Program-made: the position numbers and the translations under genes | Shown: positions 12,166 through 24,906 of the stretch, piece by piece | Numbering within the stretch: position 1 is the stretch's first letter | How the letters are laid out: each line of letters starts with the position of its first letter | Notes under the pieces: generated by a model | The model's database searches: none | What the model saw: the letters and a program-made list of their open reading frames with translations, nothing else | Told to the model about the DNA's origin: nothing | Assembly (NCBI GenBank): GCA_043228905.1 | Contig: JBHGNT010000015.1 | Span: forward strand, 8,618,001 to 8,682,000 | Direction of reading: 5' to 3' | From: Azolla caroliniana | Lineage: Eukaryota; Plantae; Polypodiophyta | DNA: 64,000 bases

Positions 12166-12239
12166 CAACAAGCGATACGAAAGTATTGGGCAGAAAAAAA
12201 AAAGAAAACATCGTCAATTGTTGAAGGATACGAAAGCCA

Positions 12240-14530
12240 CAGTCACTAAAGGTAAAGATAGTATTGATTGCAATATAGGTCTAAATATCATTGAGAATGG
12301 AAGTAATGAAACTATTGTCATAGAGAGAAAGGTTGTAGACTATTTCAATGTTCAAACCAAGCACATCAACAATGAAGACAAGAAGATAGTCCTTTATGGA
12401 ATATTAAATGATCCATCGATAAATGAGTTAGTTGATTGTGATGGTCTTAATGCAAACATAACATCTGTACTAGTAAATAATCTCTGTAATAGTTTCGTAT
12501 CCATGAGCATCAAAATATGATCTTGTCTTAAAAAGGTCTAGTCTAATGATGTTACTTAATAGTGATGTTGACGATATTAACATCAGTGTGCTATCTAAGG
12601 TAATTGGTGTTAGTAGAAAAAGTGTGTACAATACATTGAACTGGATAGTTTCCTCGGGTGAAGGAACTAGTTTGCTAAAGCTAACAACAAGATGTAAGCC
12701 AATGACACCCATAACATAAAAAATCAAGGATATAATCACAATATTTTGGACTAATGAGAGTAGGGTTTCACCCAATAAGAAGGATTTATGCAGGAAACGT
12801 GTTGGAAGGAGTCAATACGAGGAGCATCCCATTCATGATCTTGATGTACCTCAGGTATTTACATTTATCTCAACATTTGTTTTGACTTTTGAGCTTAGTT
12901 AGTTAGCTTATTAGCTACCTCCGAATATGACCATACCAGAATAGCTAATTACCTACCTCAGAATATGACCATAGCTAGCTAGCTACTAGTAATAGTTAAT
13001 TAGCTACCAGAGTAGCTAATTAGCTCCCTCAGAATATGACCATAACTAACTAGCTACCAGTAATAGTTAATTAGCTACCAGAATAATTAATTAGCTACCT
13101 CAGAATATGACCATAGCTAACTAGCTACTAGTAATAGCTTAATAGCGATTGCCAATAGCTAATTTAGCTATTACCATCTAATTCGCTACGAGAATAGTTA
13201 ATTGGCTACCTAAGAATATTGAACATAGCTATTTAGCTACCATAATAGCTAATTAGCTACCAGACTAGCTAATTAGCTGCTTATGACTATAGCTAATTAG
13301 CTACCAGAATAGCTAATCCCCTACTAGAATAGCTAATTATCTACCTAAGAATATGAGCATAGCTATTTAGCTACCAGAATAGCTAATAAATTGTGTATGA
13401 CTATAGCTAATTAGCTACCAGAATAGCTAACTAACTATTCCTAATAGCTAATTTAGCTATTACCAGCTAATTAGCTACTAGGATAGCTAATTAGCTACCA
13501 ATCATAGCAAATTAGCTAGCACTCTCAACTAATTAGCTACTAGAATAGCTAATTAGCTGCCTCTGACTATAGCTGATTAGCTACCTAAGAATATTAGCAT
13601 AGCCATTTAGCTACCAGAATAGCTAATTAGTTGTGTATGACTAGCAATGTAGCTACAAGAATAGCTAATTAACTGTGTATGACTAGTTAATTAGCTACAA
13701 GAATAACTAATTAGCTGTGTATGACTAGCTAATTAGCTACCTAAGAATATTAGCATAGCTATTTAGCCACTAAAATAGCTAATTAGTTGTGTATGACTAG
13801 CTAATTAGCTACCAGAATAGCTAATTTAGCTGTTATCTCTTCCATGAGTTGTCTTTTAGATTCAGTATTGTGTCCGAGAGAAACTGAGGCAATCTTCCAC
13901 AGTCATAAATGTGTCATAGGTTTATGTCAAGATTGTGTCCCTAGTAGATTTAGGTGGCGTCTAAATGAATTGAGTCGTGAAATATTAATCTCTGTCAAGT
14001 TATTTGAGTTAGTTGACACCAATTTGAAAGGAAAGGTGTGTAAAAGAAAAGATCTAGTTAGGAAGTCACTTAAACCAAGGGATTTGGCATCTCTATTTGT
14101 AGTATCTCTAGGAAAGTTCATTAAACACAATTTCATTTATTCATGGCAAGCCCATCAGTTTAAGACTTGCATATCTGATTTTCAAAATGATGTAGTAGTC
14201 TCAGTAGTAGATTTCGTAGAGAATTATACTTTCAAGGAGCAGAATGAAATTCAATCTTTGCATTGGTGTTCAACACAAGTAACCATTTTTGTGCACATAA
14301 CATATTTTCGAGTTTCAGGTGATGTTAAAAAGTAATTTATTTTTTTATTTCTGATAATAAGAAGCATGATACCTTGTTCGTCCAACATTGTTTTAATTTA
14401 CATTGGCCATGGTTATTAGCTAAACGTTTGGAGCTTACTCAACATTGGGTCTGGTCTGATGGAGTTGCGTCACAATTGAAGACTAGATGTCCATTTTATT
14501 TTGTGGGGAGGTATCCTACTATAACAGGTT
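12240..14530 (+). pseudogene. Sola2-like DDE DNA transposase, intron-containing and disrupted
   Basis: Exon 13844-14530 has Cys clusters, VVDFVENYTF..QNEIQSLHW..QVTIFVH, FISDNKKHDTLFVQHC and WVWSDGVASQLK. The upstream exon ends FWTNESRVSPNKKD..HPIHDLDVPQ|GT at 12855. Superfamily assigned from recalled motifs only. Confidence 0.6.
12895..13832. repeat. Array built from the palindrome TAGCTAATTAGCTA (intronic)
   Basis: Dozens of degenerate copies; the same motif occurs at ~11390, 22411-22600 and 24815-24870. Confidence 0.9.
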
Positions 14531-14861
14531 GGGAGATTCAAACCCTTTAGACTCCACAACATCAAAAAACCCCAACATATTCACACTCACAAAGTAACTA
14601 ACAATCTCACAAAACAACATAATGAACATGAAATATTTTCCATCATAGAACAACATGAACATAATTATCTTGGAGAAACATCATAGAGTTCCATTACATA
14701 ATGTGGATCAACCAACAACCAATCTAAGGTTTTACTTGTCCAAATAGATCATAGTAAAACTTCATAAAACCCTAGGAAAATCACTAATAATCATATCCCA
14801 CTAATCAGTATTTTTCTCCAATTCAAGAGCCCCTTGACCGAGTAACTGGTCTTGTCCCCAA

Positions 14862-15257
14862 TCATGGCCCCTTCTTCAGCCTTTTTCGAACCGGTTGCCC
14901 ATTTAGCCTTGCTTCTTTGACCCATTGCGCAAGTGTGTCCTCCTCTGACAACCATTCCATCACCTCAAGATCGGCTTGCACATCAGCCGTGTCTTGCGCT
15001 AGCTTTTCCAGTATAGTGGGATCTGTTTGGACATTATCAGTAGTTGGGCTCAGTGGGGTGGAATCAAGGTTTTGGGATTCGAAGAAATGTTGCATCAAGT
15101 GTTCAAAAGCACTATTGTTGTGAACCTCAGATTTACATGTTGTTTCCAATATTTCATGGCTTTTCACATCGTTGGTTAATTCAGTACCATCTTCCAAAAG
15201 AATATGGTGGAGCTTATCTGAAGGAGATGTGATAGCAGGACTCTTACTTTCAGCCAA
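14862..15257 (-). pseudogene. Acidic ORF fragment with basic C-terminal NLS-like tail; probable last exon of a transposon accessory gene
   Basis: 131-aa open frame ending RKRLKKGP, cut upstream by the gypsy insertion at 15290 and convergent with the transposase. Confidence 0.4.
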
Positions 15258-16159
15258 GTTTACAGCTATCTCCTCATCGGTTGCAGCGTTGTCGTGATGT
15301 GGCGTGCTCGAGGGTGGGAAAAACCAGCAAAAGGGGGGTCAAAAATGTGCATGTGCAATGTGTGTGCACACAAAAGCGATTAATTATGCATATGCAAAAT
15401 AAAAAGGAAAAGAAAGGGTCAACAGGAGGTATAGAAGCTCGTGCAAAAAGTAAGAGAGAGGAGAGATAAAGGGTAGAGGGGAGATAGGCTATAAATTTAT
15501 AGCGATAGAATTATATATTGTATAAGAAAGAGTTAGTGGGCTAGTGGATAGTCACATTGACTACTAGCTAGAAGTGCACGGTTTGAATCTAGTCTTACAA
15601 TACAACGTGATTTAAGGAATTTTATTCCTTTTTCATTGAAGACAAATTTGGCGACCCCCCCCTTCTTTTTTTCCTATAAAAGGAGGTCGAGGGGGGCTCA
15701 TTTGGGAGGAGGTTTTGGGAGGAGGAGACTATCGCCAATTTTCTTTCGAAGCTCTTCATCTCCTTATTCACCACTTTTCTTCATCTCATACCCCTTCATC
15801 CCCCCGTCGCCACGTGCTCACCTTATTCGCGTCGACACTCGAAGTGCTCGTGAGCCCAAGCTTCATTGGTTCGACGTTGCTCCGCCCCATTCGTCGTTGC
15901 GAGCCTGTGTGCTCGCCGTTCAAATGGTTGTGGTTCGTTGGGATTGGCATTTTGGTGGTGGTCGTGTGTTCATCTTCACCGTGTTTGGTTTTGCCTTGTC
16001 TTTAAGGGTATTTAATATTTATGTTTTGATTGAGCTTGTGGTTAACTATAAGTGGCCATTGTAGCCAAACCCTATTTTATAAAGGGTCCTCTTGCATTAG
16101 AATCGAACACGTATTTAACTCTTTGGTCAATATCGTTCGTGTTTCTTTCTCTCCTTCTT

Positions 16160-16570
16160 TCTTTATTCATGTCTTTCTTGTACGTTCGGCTGTCTATTGA
16201 CGAGGGGACCGTTCGGGCTTGCCCATGCACCTCTCCTCCTCATAAAGGCGTACGAGCATTTGTATGTGTGTTTGTGTCTTCCTTGTACGTTCGGCCGTCT
16301 TGTGACGAGGGGACCGTTCGGGCTTGCCCATGCATCTCTCCTCCCCATAAAGGCGTATGAGCATTTGTGTGTGTGTTTGTGTCTTCCTCGTATGTTCGAC
16401 ATCTTGTGACGAGGGGACCGTTCGGGCTTGCCCATGCACCTCTCCTCTTCATAAAGGCATACGAGCATTTTTGTGTATGTGTTTTGTGTCTTCCTCGTAC
16501 GTTCGACGTCTTGTGATAAGGGAGCGTTCGGGCGCACCCATGCACCTCTCCTCCTCATAAAGACGTACGG
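16160..16570. repeat. ~105-bp tandem repeat inside the gypsy A LTRs (4 units here, 5 units at ~21900-22408)
   Basis: TGACGAGGGGACCGTTCGGGCTTGCCCATGCACCTCTCCTCCTCATAAAGGCGTACGAGC repeated. Confidence 0.9.
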
Positions 16571-16866
16571 AAATTCGTGTTTGTGTTATCGTCCCCTTGT
16601 GCGTTCATGTTGCATGCTAATCTTGCTTGTACTCATTTGGTCACTTGGCTCGTACGGTGATCTCGGAAGGTCGACGAGTCGTGATCAACGAGAGCCACCG
16701 GCCTCACAAAACAAAGGGCAACGAGACCTTGCTAGGGAAGGGGTGGGGAAGTAGTATTGTCGTAAAGCAAACCTCGGGTCTTCTCTATCCCTTGAGTACT
16801 CCCTAGTCAGAGACCCCCGTGGTCCCGCGCAAGTAACACACATGCGCAAAACTTCGCGACATAAAT

Positions 16867-16884
16867 TGGTGAACCCAACGTGAA
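16867..16884 (+). promoter_or_regulatory. Primer-binding site complementary to the plant tRNA-Trp 3' end
   Basis: TGGTGAACCCAACGTGAA versus the expected TGGTGAACCCGACGTGAA. The same PBS occurs at 29149-29166, 35717-35735 and 61920-61936 (-). Confidence 0.75.
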
Positions 16885-16906
16885 AGGGTGGCAAGGGAGA
16901 ACCAAG

Positions 16907-19900
16907 ATGCGAGGAGGAGAACTCGCTGAAGCGATGGCGGTAGTGGTGGACCGCTTGGTAAATGCCCGAGAAGGCATCACCGGCCTAGACCGGGCCATAG
17001 AGACGATGGTTAGCACAACGGGTCGGTTCAATGGAAGAGATATCACGAGCTACTTGGATGCCTATAAGGCCGAAATGCTTATGCGAGACGTCCCCGAAGA
17101 TAGGCGGCTAACCGGATTCGTTAGAGTGGTAACGCCGAGTATCCACGTAGAGGTACTCGAGATCCAAGTGGACTGTTGCAATTGGGTGGAGTTTGAAGAA
17201 AGACTCCTCGAGAAGAACGACCTTGATGACTCACTCAAAATTTCGAAAAGGGATCTAATGGAGTGGGTTGAGCTTCCCGGCAAGGGGAGAAATACTATGG
17301 TACTTTTACAAGAATTTGAGAAGCGCTTCGCGCGACTCTCGACGCTCGATAGGATGGTGCTTGACACAAGCAAGGTCCTACTATTCATAAAGATTGTTGA
17401 TGCACGAGACCAAGAGAAGGTGGGGTCCCTCCTTGAAACTGATGATGGGCTATGGTAAAACGGGTTTGTTGCCGCTTCGATAAGAGAAGGGAATGGAATG
17501 ACGGGTCTCCATTGAGCGGCCAAACATCCACAGGCTCCATTAGTGAGACACACGAACCCAGGGGTGGTAGAATACCTCAAGAAAGAGAGCAAGCAAATGC
17601 AAGGTTCATCCCCAAGAGAAACGTGGTTGAAGCACCGTCGGGAGGGTCGGCAATAGACGAGCTCACAAAGATGGTGCGAGATCTCCAAATAGCGCAAGCT
17701 AGGAGAGAGAGTGGCGGCTCTCAAGATCAACGTACCCCATTCGCGCAAAGATGTATGTGGTGCGACAACCCCGACCACCTACGAAGGGAGTGTGGAGACT
17801 TTCAAGAGGCCCTAAGAAAGGATATTGTCTATCTTTGGAACAATAGAGTCTATTCGACGGAGACAAGGCACCCCTTGGGATTGAATCAAGGCCGAGGGGG
17901 CATGAGAAGGCTAATGGAGGAGGCCGAAGCACGACATGTTGAAGCCGTCCACTACTCGGCGTCGGCTGGGATCCGAGTGGGGAAAGAGGTGAGGAGGCAA
18001 GAGGAGAAAGAGTTTGACTTTTGGCCGTCAATCCTTGGAAGCCTCTCTAAGGGGAAGTTCAAAAGAGAAGAAGCAGACAAGGCGGAATGAAGGGTCCAAG
18101 AAGCAACCGGGTGGAAGGATCCGGTGGAAGAAAAGACAAGCTTAGTGGAAGCCGCTTGCCAAAACTACGAAGTAATGGTAGAAGAGAAGAAGGTAGGAAA
18201 TGACGAGGGAGCCAGTCCATCAAGGAAATACGACGCTCGAGGTGCACGAAGAAGGGAAGAGCCGAACAAGTCTCAAGCACGCGACGAAAGATGGAAAGAG
18301 AAGGGGAACCCCCCCAACTTCAAGCTTTGCTCGGAGATCGAACAAGCAACGGACTTGAAGAAGGTAGTGGAGGAGAGGATCCTCGATCGGTGTTGTAATT
18401 GACTTTGTACACCCACCTACACCCGATCGGCTTCACACCCTTCGGTGCGTCAACCAGGTCCCAAGTCTCGTTCTCCGCCAATGCGTGCATCTCTTCCTCC
18501 ATCGCGGCGTGCCAATTCGCGTCCTTCGCCGCTTCTGCGTAGCTCTCTGGCTCACGCACTTCCGCTATATGGGTCATGTACGCATAATGATGCGCCATGT
18601 ACTCGTTGTATCCAAACCGCAAAACAGGGTTCTTTTGGCGGGTAGATCGGCGTAATCTCACATTAGCCGATGTCGAGGCCTTCTCATTCGACACGGACTT
18701 CACCTTTAAAAGAATTCCACGAGGTCATCATCGACCTAATGAAGAGGAAGCGGCTCTCAACAGAGCAAGAAGTGGCAAAACCCGCGATTGTAAATGCATT
18801 GTCAACTGAGGTCCCCGAGGAAGACGAAGACTATGCGGACAATCACTACACGAGGCCGCATTGGGCGAGAGCGACAACGGAGACACTGGTACGGGGTCGG
18901 AGATGTAAAAGAGCCGGTGGTAGCATGGATCGACCAGGGCTCTGAGATCAACCTTATGTCCATGGACTTTTATAAAAAGGGAAAGTGGCCGATCAACACG
19001 AAGCACGGGTGGAAGATTAGAGCGACGACCCGAGCAACCGAGGAGCTATACGGGGCTTGCCCGAATGTACGTGTGAAGGTGGGGGACGTAGAAATAGATC
19101 AAAATTTCTTTGTTCAAGAGATGTCCTTGCACCCGGTCATCTTGGGTGAACCATACATCACGGCGGCTCGTATGGAGACGAAGGTGCTAGACAACGGGTC
19201 AGCATATGCGAGGGTCAAGAGCCAAGATGGGAAGCATTCGGTCCAATTCCTTACAGTGAGGCCCAACCATGAGCGCAATCGAGCCTCCCTCAAAGGGGAT
19301 AACCGAGATGATTTTTGATTCGGGCTATTAAAGAGTGGGGCCGCAATAGCCCGAGGCAAACTAAGACCCTAAACCCTTGTAAAACTATTAAATGTAATAG
19401 GAAACAATTTTGGTTCTCCGAAAATGGAGCTTGTAAAATTACTAGTTTAAGTGATAGAGATAAGTCTAGGGCCAAGAGATATGAAAGGTATCTCCAACAA
19501 TGTAATTTATTGGGGGAAGATGAAACCATAAGCGTCGCCATGGAGGCGGTCTTGTTCGACAACACTCTCAGAGAGATGGAGAGGGTAGTCATTTCAGGCC
19601 TCAATGAAGACAAGGTAATTCCAGTCAACTCAGTTGACATGTACACCGCCATCGAAGAACTTGGGCGGTTGATTGAGGAAGCGAGGACGGTCAAGGTGCA
19701 AACAAAGTACAATACCGTGGACAAGAAGGTGAAGCTTGTGGCTGCCCCATTGCCTAACGATAGTTGGGATCGGATACAGGGGGTAGCGGTTGATCCTAGC
19801 TTGCGGGACCCACGAGGCATAGCGCATCGGTTCACTGACGAGATGCGACAGAAGCTCCGGATTGGTGGGGGTGGCTTCCTATTGCCTAGGAAGGAGGAGA

Positions 19901-20960
19901 GATTTAGAAGGATGATCGAAAGCCACGGAAGGGCTTTCGCCTTCTCGTAAACCCTAAGATCGTGGAGCCAATGGTGATCTTTACGGTGCCGCATGTACCG
20001 TGGAGCATCAAGCCAATCCCTGTTCCGAGAGCTCACATCCCGAAGTTAATTGAGCTACTCAAGGAAAAGATTGAGATGGGTATCCTCGAGCCATCAAGCG
20101 CCCCATACTCGAATCGGTGGTTCACTGTGCCAAAGAAGAACGGCACATTACGCTTCATCCAGGACCTACAACCTGTTAATCAAGTGACAATTCGAAATGC
20201 CGGGGTCGGACCGTGCGTTGACGAATTCGCCGAGTCCTTCGCTAGAAGGTCTATTTATTCGATCGGTGATCTATACTCGGGGTATGATCAATTCCAACTA
20301 GCTGTGGAGAGTAGGGACATCACGACGATGCGGACCCCTATCGGCCTAGTGCGAATGTGTACCTTGCCACAAGGAGGCACTAACTCTGTAGCCCACATGG
20401 TAAATGCAATGAACAAGGTATTGAGAGATTGCATCCCCGACATCACCATGTCATTCCTCGATGCCATTGAAGACACGCTCGCTTCCTGGGTAGCAATGCC
20501 GTGGGAAAACGAGATGAGTCGAGAAGAGCTTCTAGCCACAAGGATAAGGCAACTTGAGAGAAGACCCGAAGACTTGGAGTTAGCAAAGGAGAGGTTAGAA
20601 GCGGCTAGGCTAAGTAACAAAGCCCGATTCGACAAGACACACTGACTGCGCCCTCGGAAGATCGAAGAAGGAGACTAGGTGATTGTATATGATAGTAGTC
20701 TCAACAATCAACATAGGTCGATGCGGAAATTCGCAAAGCGATGGTTCGGGCCGTACATGGTAACGAGTGCAAACGATAATGCTACCTACCACCTCACTGA
20801 ACTCGATGGGACTAAGCTGGCAGTACCAATAGCCACGAAGCGGGTCAAAATCTTCAAAAAGCAACACGACAAGGAGCCAAACCTCGATGACCTTGACGAA
20901 GACAAAGGCGAGCAAACAACAAGCCATGGGGTCAATGAGGAGGAGGAAATGAACTATTGA
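16907..20960 (+). pseudogene. Gypsy A gag-PR / RT-IN, disrupted and internally deleted
   Basis: ORFs 16880-17458, 17452-18090, 18794-19318, 19315-19950, 19962-20645 and 20679-20960. RT joins the IN C-terminus at ~20460. Confidence 0.88.
18387..18710 (-). mobile_element. Inverted internal copia fragment (IN-RT junction) inside gypsy gag
   Basis: Near-identical reverse complement of 5091-5414 (YNEYMAHHYAYM..WVYKV). Confidence 0.9.
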
Positions 20961-22569
20961 CCACCCTCAGCCCGCCATTCTTGGCACATACCGGAGGATG
21001 TGCGGTTTGGTGGGGGTGGATGTCGTGATGTGGCGTGCTCAAGGGTGGGAAAAACTGGCGAAAGGGGGGTCAAAAATGTGCATGTGCAATGTGTGTGCAC
21101 ACAAAAGCGATTAATTGTGCATATGCAAAATAAAAAGGAAAAGAAAGGGTCAACAGGAGGTATAGAAGCTCGTGCAAAAAGTAAGAGAGAGGAGAGATAA
21201 AGGGTAGAGGGGAGACAGACTATAAATTTATAGAGATAGAATTATATATTATATAAGAAAGAGTTAGTGGGCTAGTGGATAGTCACATTGACTACTAGCT
21301 AGAAGTGCACGGTTTGAATCTAGTCTTACAATACAACGTGATTTAAGGAATTTTATTCCTTTTTCATTGAAGAAAAATTTGGTGACCCTCCCCTTCTTTA
21401 TTTCCTATAAAAGGAGGTCGAGGGGGGCTCATTTGGTAGGACTTTTTGGGAGGAGGAGACTATCGCCAATTTTCCTTCGAAGCTCTTCATCTCCTTATTC
21501 ACCACTTTTCTTCATCTCATACCCCTTCATCCCCCCATCGCCACGTGCTCGTCTTATTCGCGTCGGCACTCGAAGTGCTCGTGAGCCCAAGTTTCGTTGG
21601 TTCGACGTTGCTCCGCCCTGTTCGTCGTTGCGAGCCCGTGTGCTCGCCGTTCAGGTGGTCCTGGTTCGTTGGGATTGGCATTTTGGTGGTGGTCGTGTGT
21701 TCATCTTCGCCGTGTTCGGTTTTGCCTTGTCTCTAAGGGCATTTAATATTTATGTTTTGATTGAGCTTGTGGTTAACTATAAGTTGCCATTGTAAACAAA
21801 CCCTATTTTATAAAGGGTCCTCTTGCATTAGAATCGAACACATATTTAACGCTTTGGTCAATATCGTTCATGTTTCTTTCTCTCCTTCTTTCTTTATTCG
21901 TGTCTTTCTTGTACGTTCGGCCGTCTTGTGACGAGGGGACCGTTCGGGCTTGCCCATGCACCTCTCCTCCTCATAAAGGCGTACGAGCATTTGTATGTGT
22001 GTTTGTGTCTTCCTTGTACGTTCGACCGTCTTGTGACGAGGGGACCGTTCGGGCTTGCCCATGCACCTCTCCTCCTCATAAAGGCGTACGAGCATTTTGT
22101 GCGTGTGTTTGTGTCTTCCTTGTACATTCGGCCGTCTTGTGACGAGGGGACCGTTCGGGCTTGCCCATGTACCTCTCCTCCTCATAAAGGCGTACGAGCA
22201 TTTGTGCGTGTTTTTGTGTCTTCCTTGTACGTTCGGCCGTCTTGTGATGAGGGGACCATTTGGGCTTGCCCATGCACCTCTCCTCCCCATAAAGGCGTAC
22301 AAGCATTTGTGTGTGTTTGTGTCTTCCTTGTACGTTCGACCGTCTTGTCACGAGGGGACCGTTCAGGCTTGCCCATGCACCTCTCCTCCTCATAAAGGCA
22401 TACGAGCGAATTAGCTACTTCACTTAGGTATGGTACTAGCTAATTAGCTACTTTTTCTCAATACGGTAGCAACTAATTAGCTACTGTACTAAAGTATGGT
22501 AGTAGCTAATTAGCTACTACACTACAACCATAACAGCTAAATAGTTTCCAGACTTTATACAACTTACCT

Positions 22570-23961
22570 AATTAGCAAAGATGGAACTAATTAGCTACAC
22601 TATAGTCACAACCAACAATTTTACTTGTTAGTTTTCTCCACTCATCTGGTAGAGTTGTACTACAATCCCCCAAATAGAATGCAACAATGCGACAAGCATA
22701 TTTAAAACAAAGGATATGGTATGTGTGCTGACATGGTTGTAGGTGAACCAACAGAGTAGCAGATTTATCCTCTACACGTAATCCATAAGCGATACAACGT
22801 GCTTTAACAGTCAATATATCATTTCCTAGTTCTCCTTCATTTGGTAAGGGAGCAAGAATGTTCAGGTCCAATTCTTGTCTGCTCCTTACCATCCCCTCTA
22901 CAAAATGTAGCTGCTTCTTAAGGCAACTAACTCCCTGTTCTTAATGGGAGTATTGTTCCTTCAACGCAGCCGAGAAATTTACCGATTAATTATTCCTTAA
23001 TGAGGAAGATACAACAACAAGAAACAAGAATCATTAACTTATTTGTAGCTTGCCCAAATTGTAATCTGCAACAGTATTTACACCTAGAAAGTCCAAGTTC
23101 ATTGAAAGAACCTGGATCTCTACTTGTACTTGAATTTTCCGTTGGGGATCTAGCAACCCCTCAATTTCAAGCTCATGTTGAGCAACCTGTTCCAGATAAT
23201 GTCTCAGTAGCACATTTTCATGTACAAGTTATTTATAACATATTAAATACTAACAAAACAATAGGTATGTGAATCTTATTTCTGATTGTTGGAACTGCCA
23301 AAGTGACTTTGCTCTCCATCGTAGCAGCCAATGTTGCTTTCTCTAAATCAGTCTTAAAAAAATCCAATGTCTCGCAAGCTTCATGGACATTTTTTAGCAT
23401 ATAGCTAATCCATGTCTCACCTGTATCATCGACATTGGCTTTCATTGTGTGTTTGTGTGGCGTATACTTGCGGGTTCGTTGGGAGTCAACAATTGCATCA
23501 TCAACTGCCATTCTCCAAAATCTTGCCATTTTTTGTTCCAAGCTCCTCATCTTCCAACATCTTTCTATCGATGCCTCACCATAAATTGCCCAAGCTACCT
23601 TGTACATTTCAGGGTCACGAGATTCCTTCGTTGTTTTGCAATACTCGTATGCAAAAGCTCTAGCAAATGAAACGGACAACTCGTTGTTGACCGGGATCTC
23701 TTGATGTACTTTCTGGTGTAGTCTCATTTAGTCGTTATACAGATCCGGTCGTACATGCTTGAGCTTGACCTTGCCTTTCACTCTAGGCACTTTATATACT
23801 GATATCCAGTCTACATCACTAATCAATCTATCTGTTAGAATAGTAGGGTCAATACCCTCGAGCGACAGACCATGTATGTTGTGAAAGTCCTCCTTTGTCT
23901 CGCAAAATTTTGCAAAGTTCAACACTCTAGGATAGGGAGGAACGAGCCACCTGAAATACAA
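22570..23961 (-). pseudogene. Spliced accessory gene with a decayed C-terminal RING-H2-like finger
   Basis: ORFs 23728-23961, 23233-23727 and 22587-22892. Motif CIAY..PCQHTYHILC..FYLGDC matches RING-H2 with two C>Y changes; a GTAAG donor at ~22567 leads into TAGCTA repeats. Confidence 0.5.
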
Positions 23962-24349
23962 AATCAGTAATCATAATTGGTGCAAAACAGAATGTTTAAT
24001 GTGAATTTGGTGCAAAAACAGAATTTTTAATGTGAATTTGATGCAAAATTACAACACTTTGAGACAGTAATCTGAAATTTGTAATCTATCCTTTTCAACA
24101 TGTATAAGAAATCAACCACTTAAAAAATCAGAAACCCAAATCAAAAATTGTCATGAGAATTGCTGCAAAATTACAACACATTGCGATAGTAACCAAAAAT
24201 TTGTAATTAGAAATTTGTAACCAGAAACTTGTAATCTAAAATTTGTAATCAGAAACTCTAAACCACTTAAGGGAAACACAAACCCTAATCATCACTAAAG
24301 GCAAAAATAAACCGTACTACAAAATTCTATCAATCAAAAACACACATGC

Positions 24350-24704
24350 TGTGACACCCCGATCTTCGAGACATCCTTGTTTGGCACTCCAATGACTTCG
24401 CCCTATTTGATTTTTGGGAAAGATGAACAGGCACCAAAGGTACAGACAGTTATCATAAAGGGAAATTTTTTTTTTAATATGTAACTGATACATACCTGGA
24501 CGAGGATCGACTTGGTCATGGGTTGTAGCTCTGAAGGTGCAATGTCGATCTCAGAGTTTTTGTGCTGCTAAGGAAGCTTCGTTTGCGTTCATGCTCAAAG
24601 TACTCCATCTGTTTGGAGTTCGAACTCGAACTCAGGATTATCAGGAATTTGATGACATTCAAGTTGAGCTTAGATGATGGCACCATTCCCCATGTTCCAC
24701 TACA
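24350..24704 (-). mobile_element. Putative solo LTR
   Basis: Minus strand starts TGTAGTGG and ends GGGGTGTCACA. No TSD seen. Confidence 0.35.
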
Positions 24705-24906
24705 TCAGAAACCAAAGTTCAAATATTTGAGTATTCTCATAAATTAAATGACATGTATTTAACTAATAAAACATAAAATTTCGTAAACCATCCTTATGAT
24801 TTTCCCACAAAAAACTAGCTAAACAAATAGCTAATTAGTTGTGGCCATTTTAGTAGCTAATTAGTTATAATAATGTTTCCACTCGCATGCTTTTACCCCC
24901 CTTTCA

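Larger units (their letters stand above)
15290..22408 (+). mobile_element. Gypsy element A (tRNA-Trp-primed): 5' LTR 15290-16861, 3' LTR 21021-~22408 (truncated)
   Basis: LTR TGTCGTG..CGCGACA and a duplicated LTR sequence. Internal gag (CMWCDNPDHLRREC knuckle), PR (IDQGSEIN), RT (PYSNRWFTVPKKNG, DLYSGYDQF) and IN C-terminus. Confidence 0.92.

Noticed and set aside
11668-12249. Proline-rich protein ORFs
   Set aside because: They are products of an 84-bp tandem repeat that is open in several frames, with no support for coding.
21900-22408. CRISPR-like array
   Set aside because: The whole ~105-bp unit repeats with no unique spacers, it lies inside a eukaryotic LTR, and there are no cas genes.
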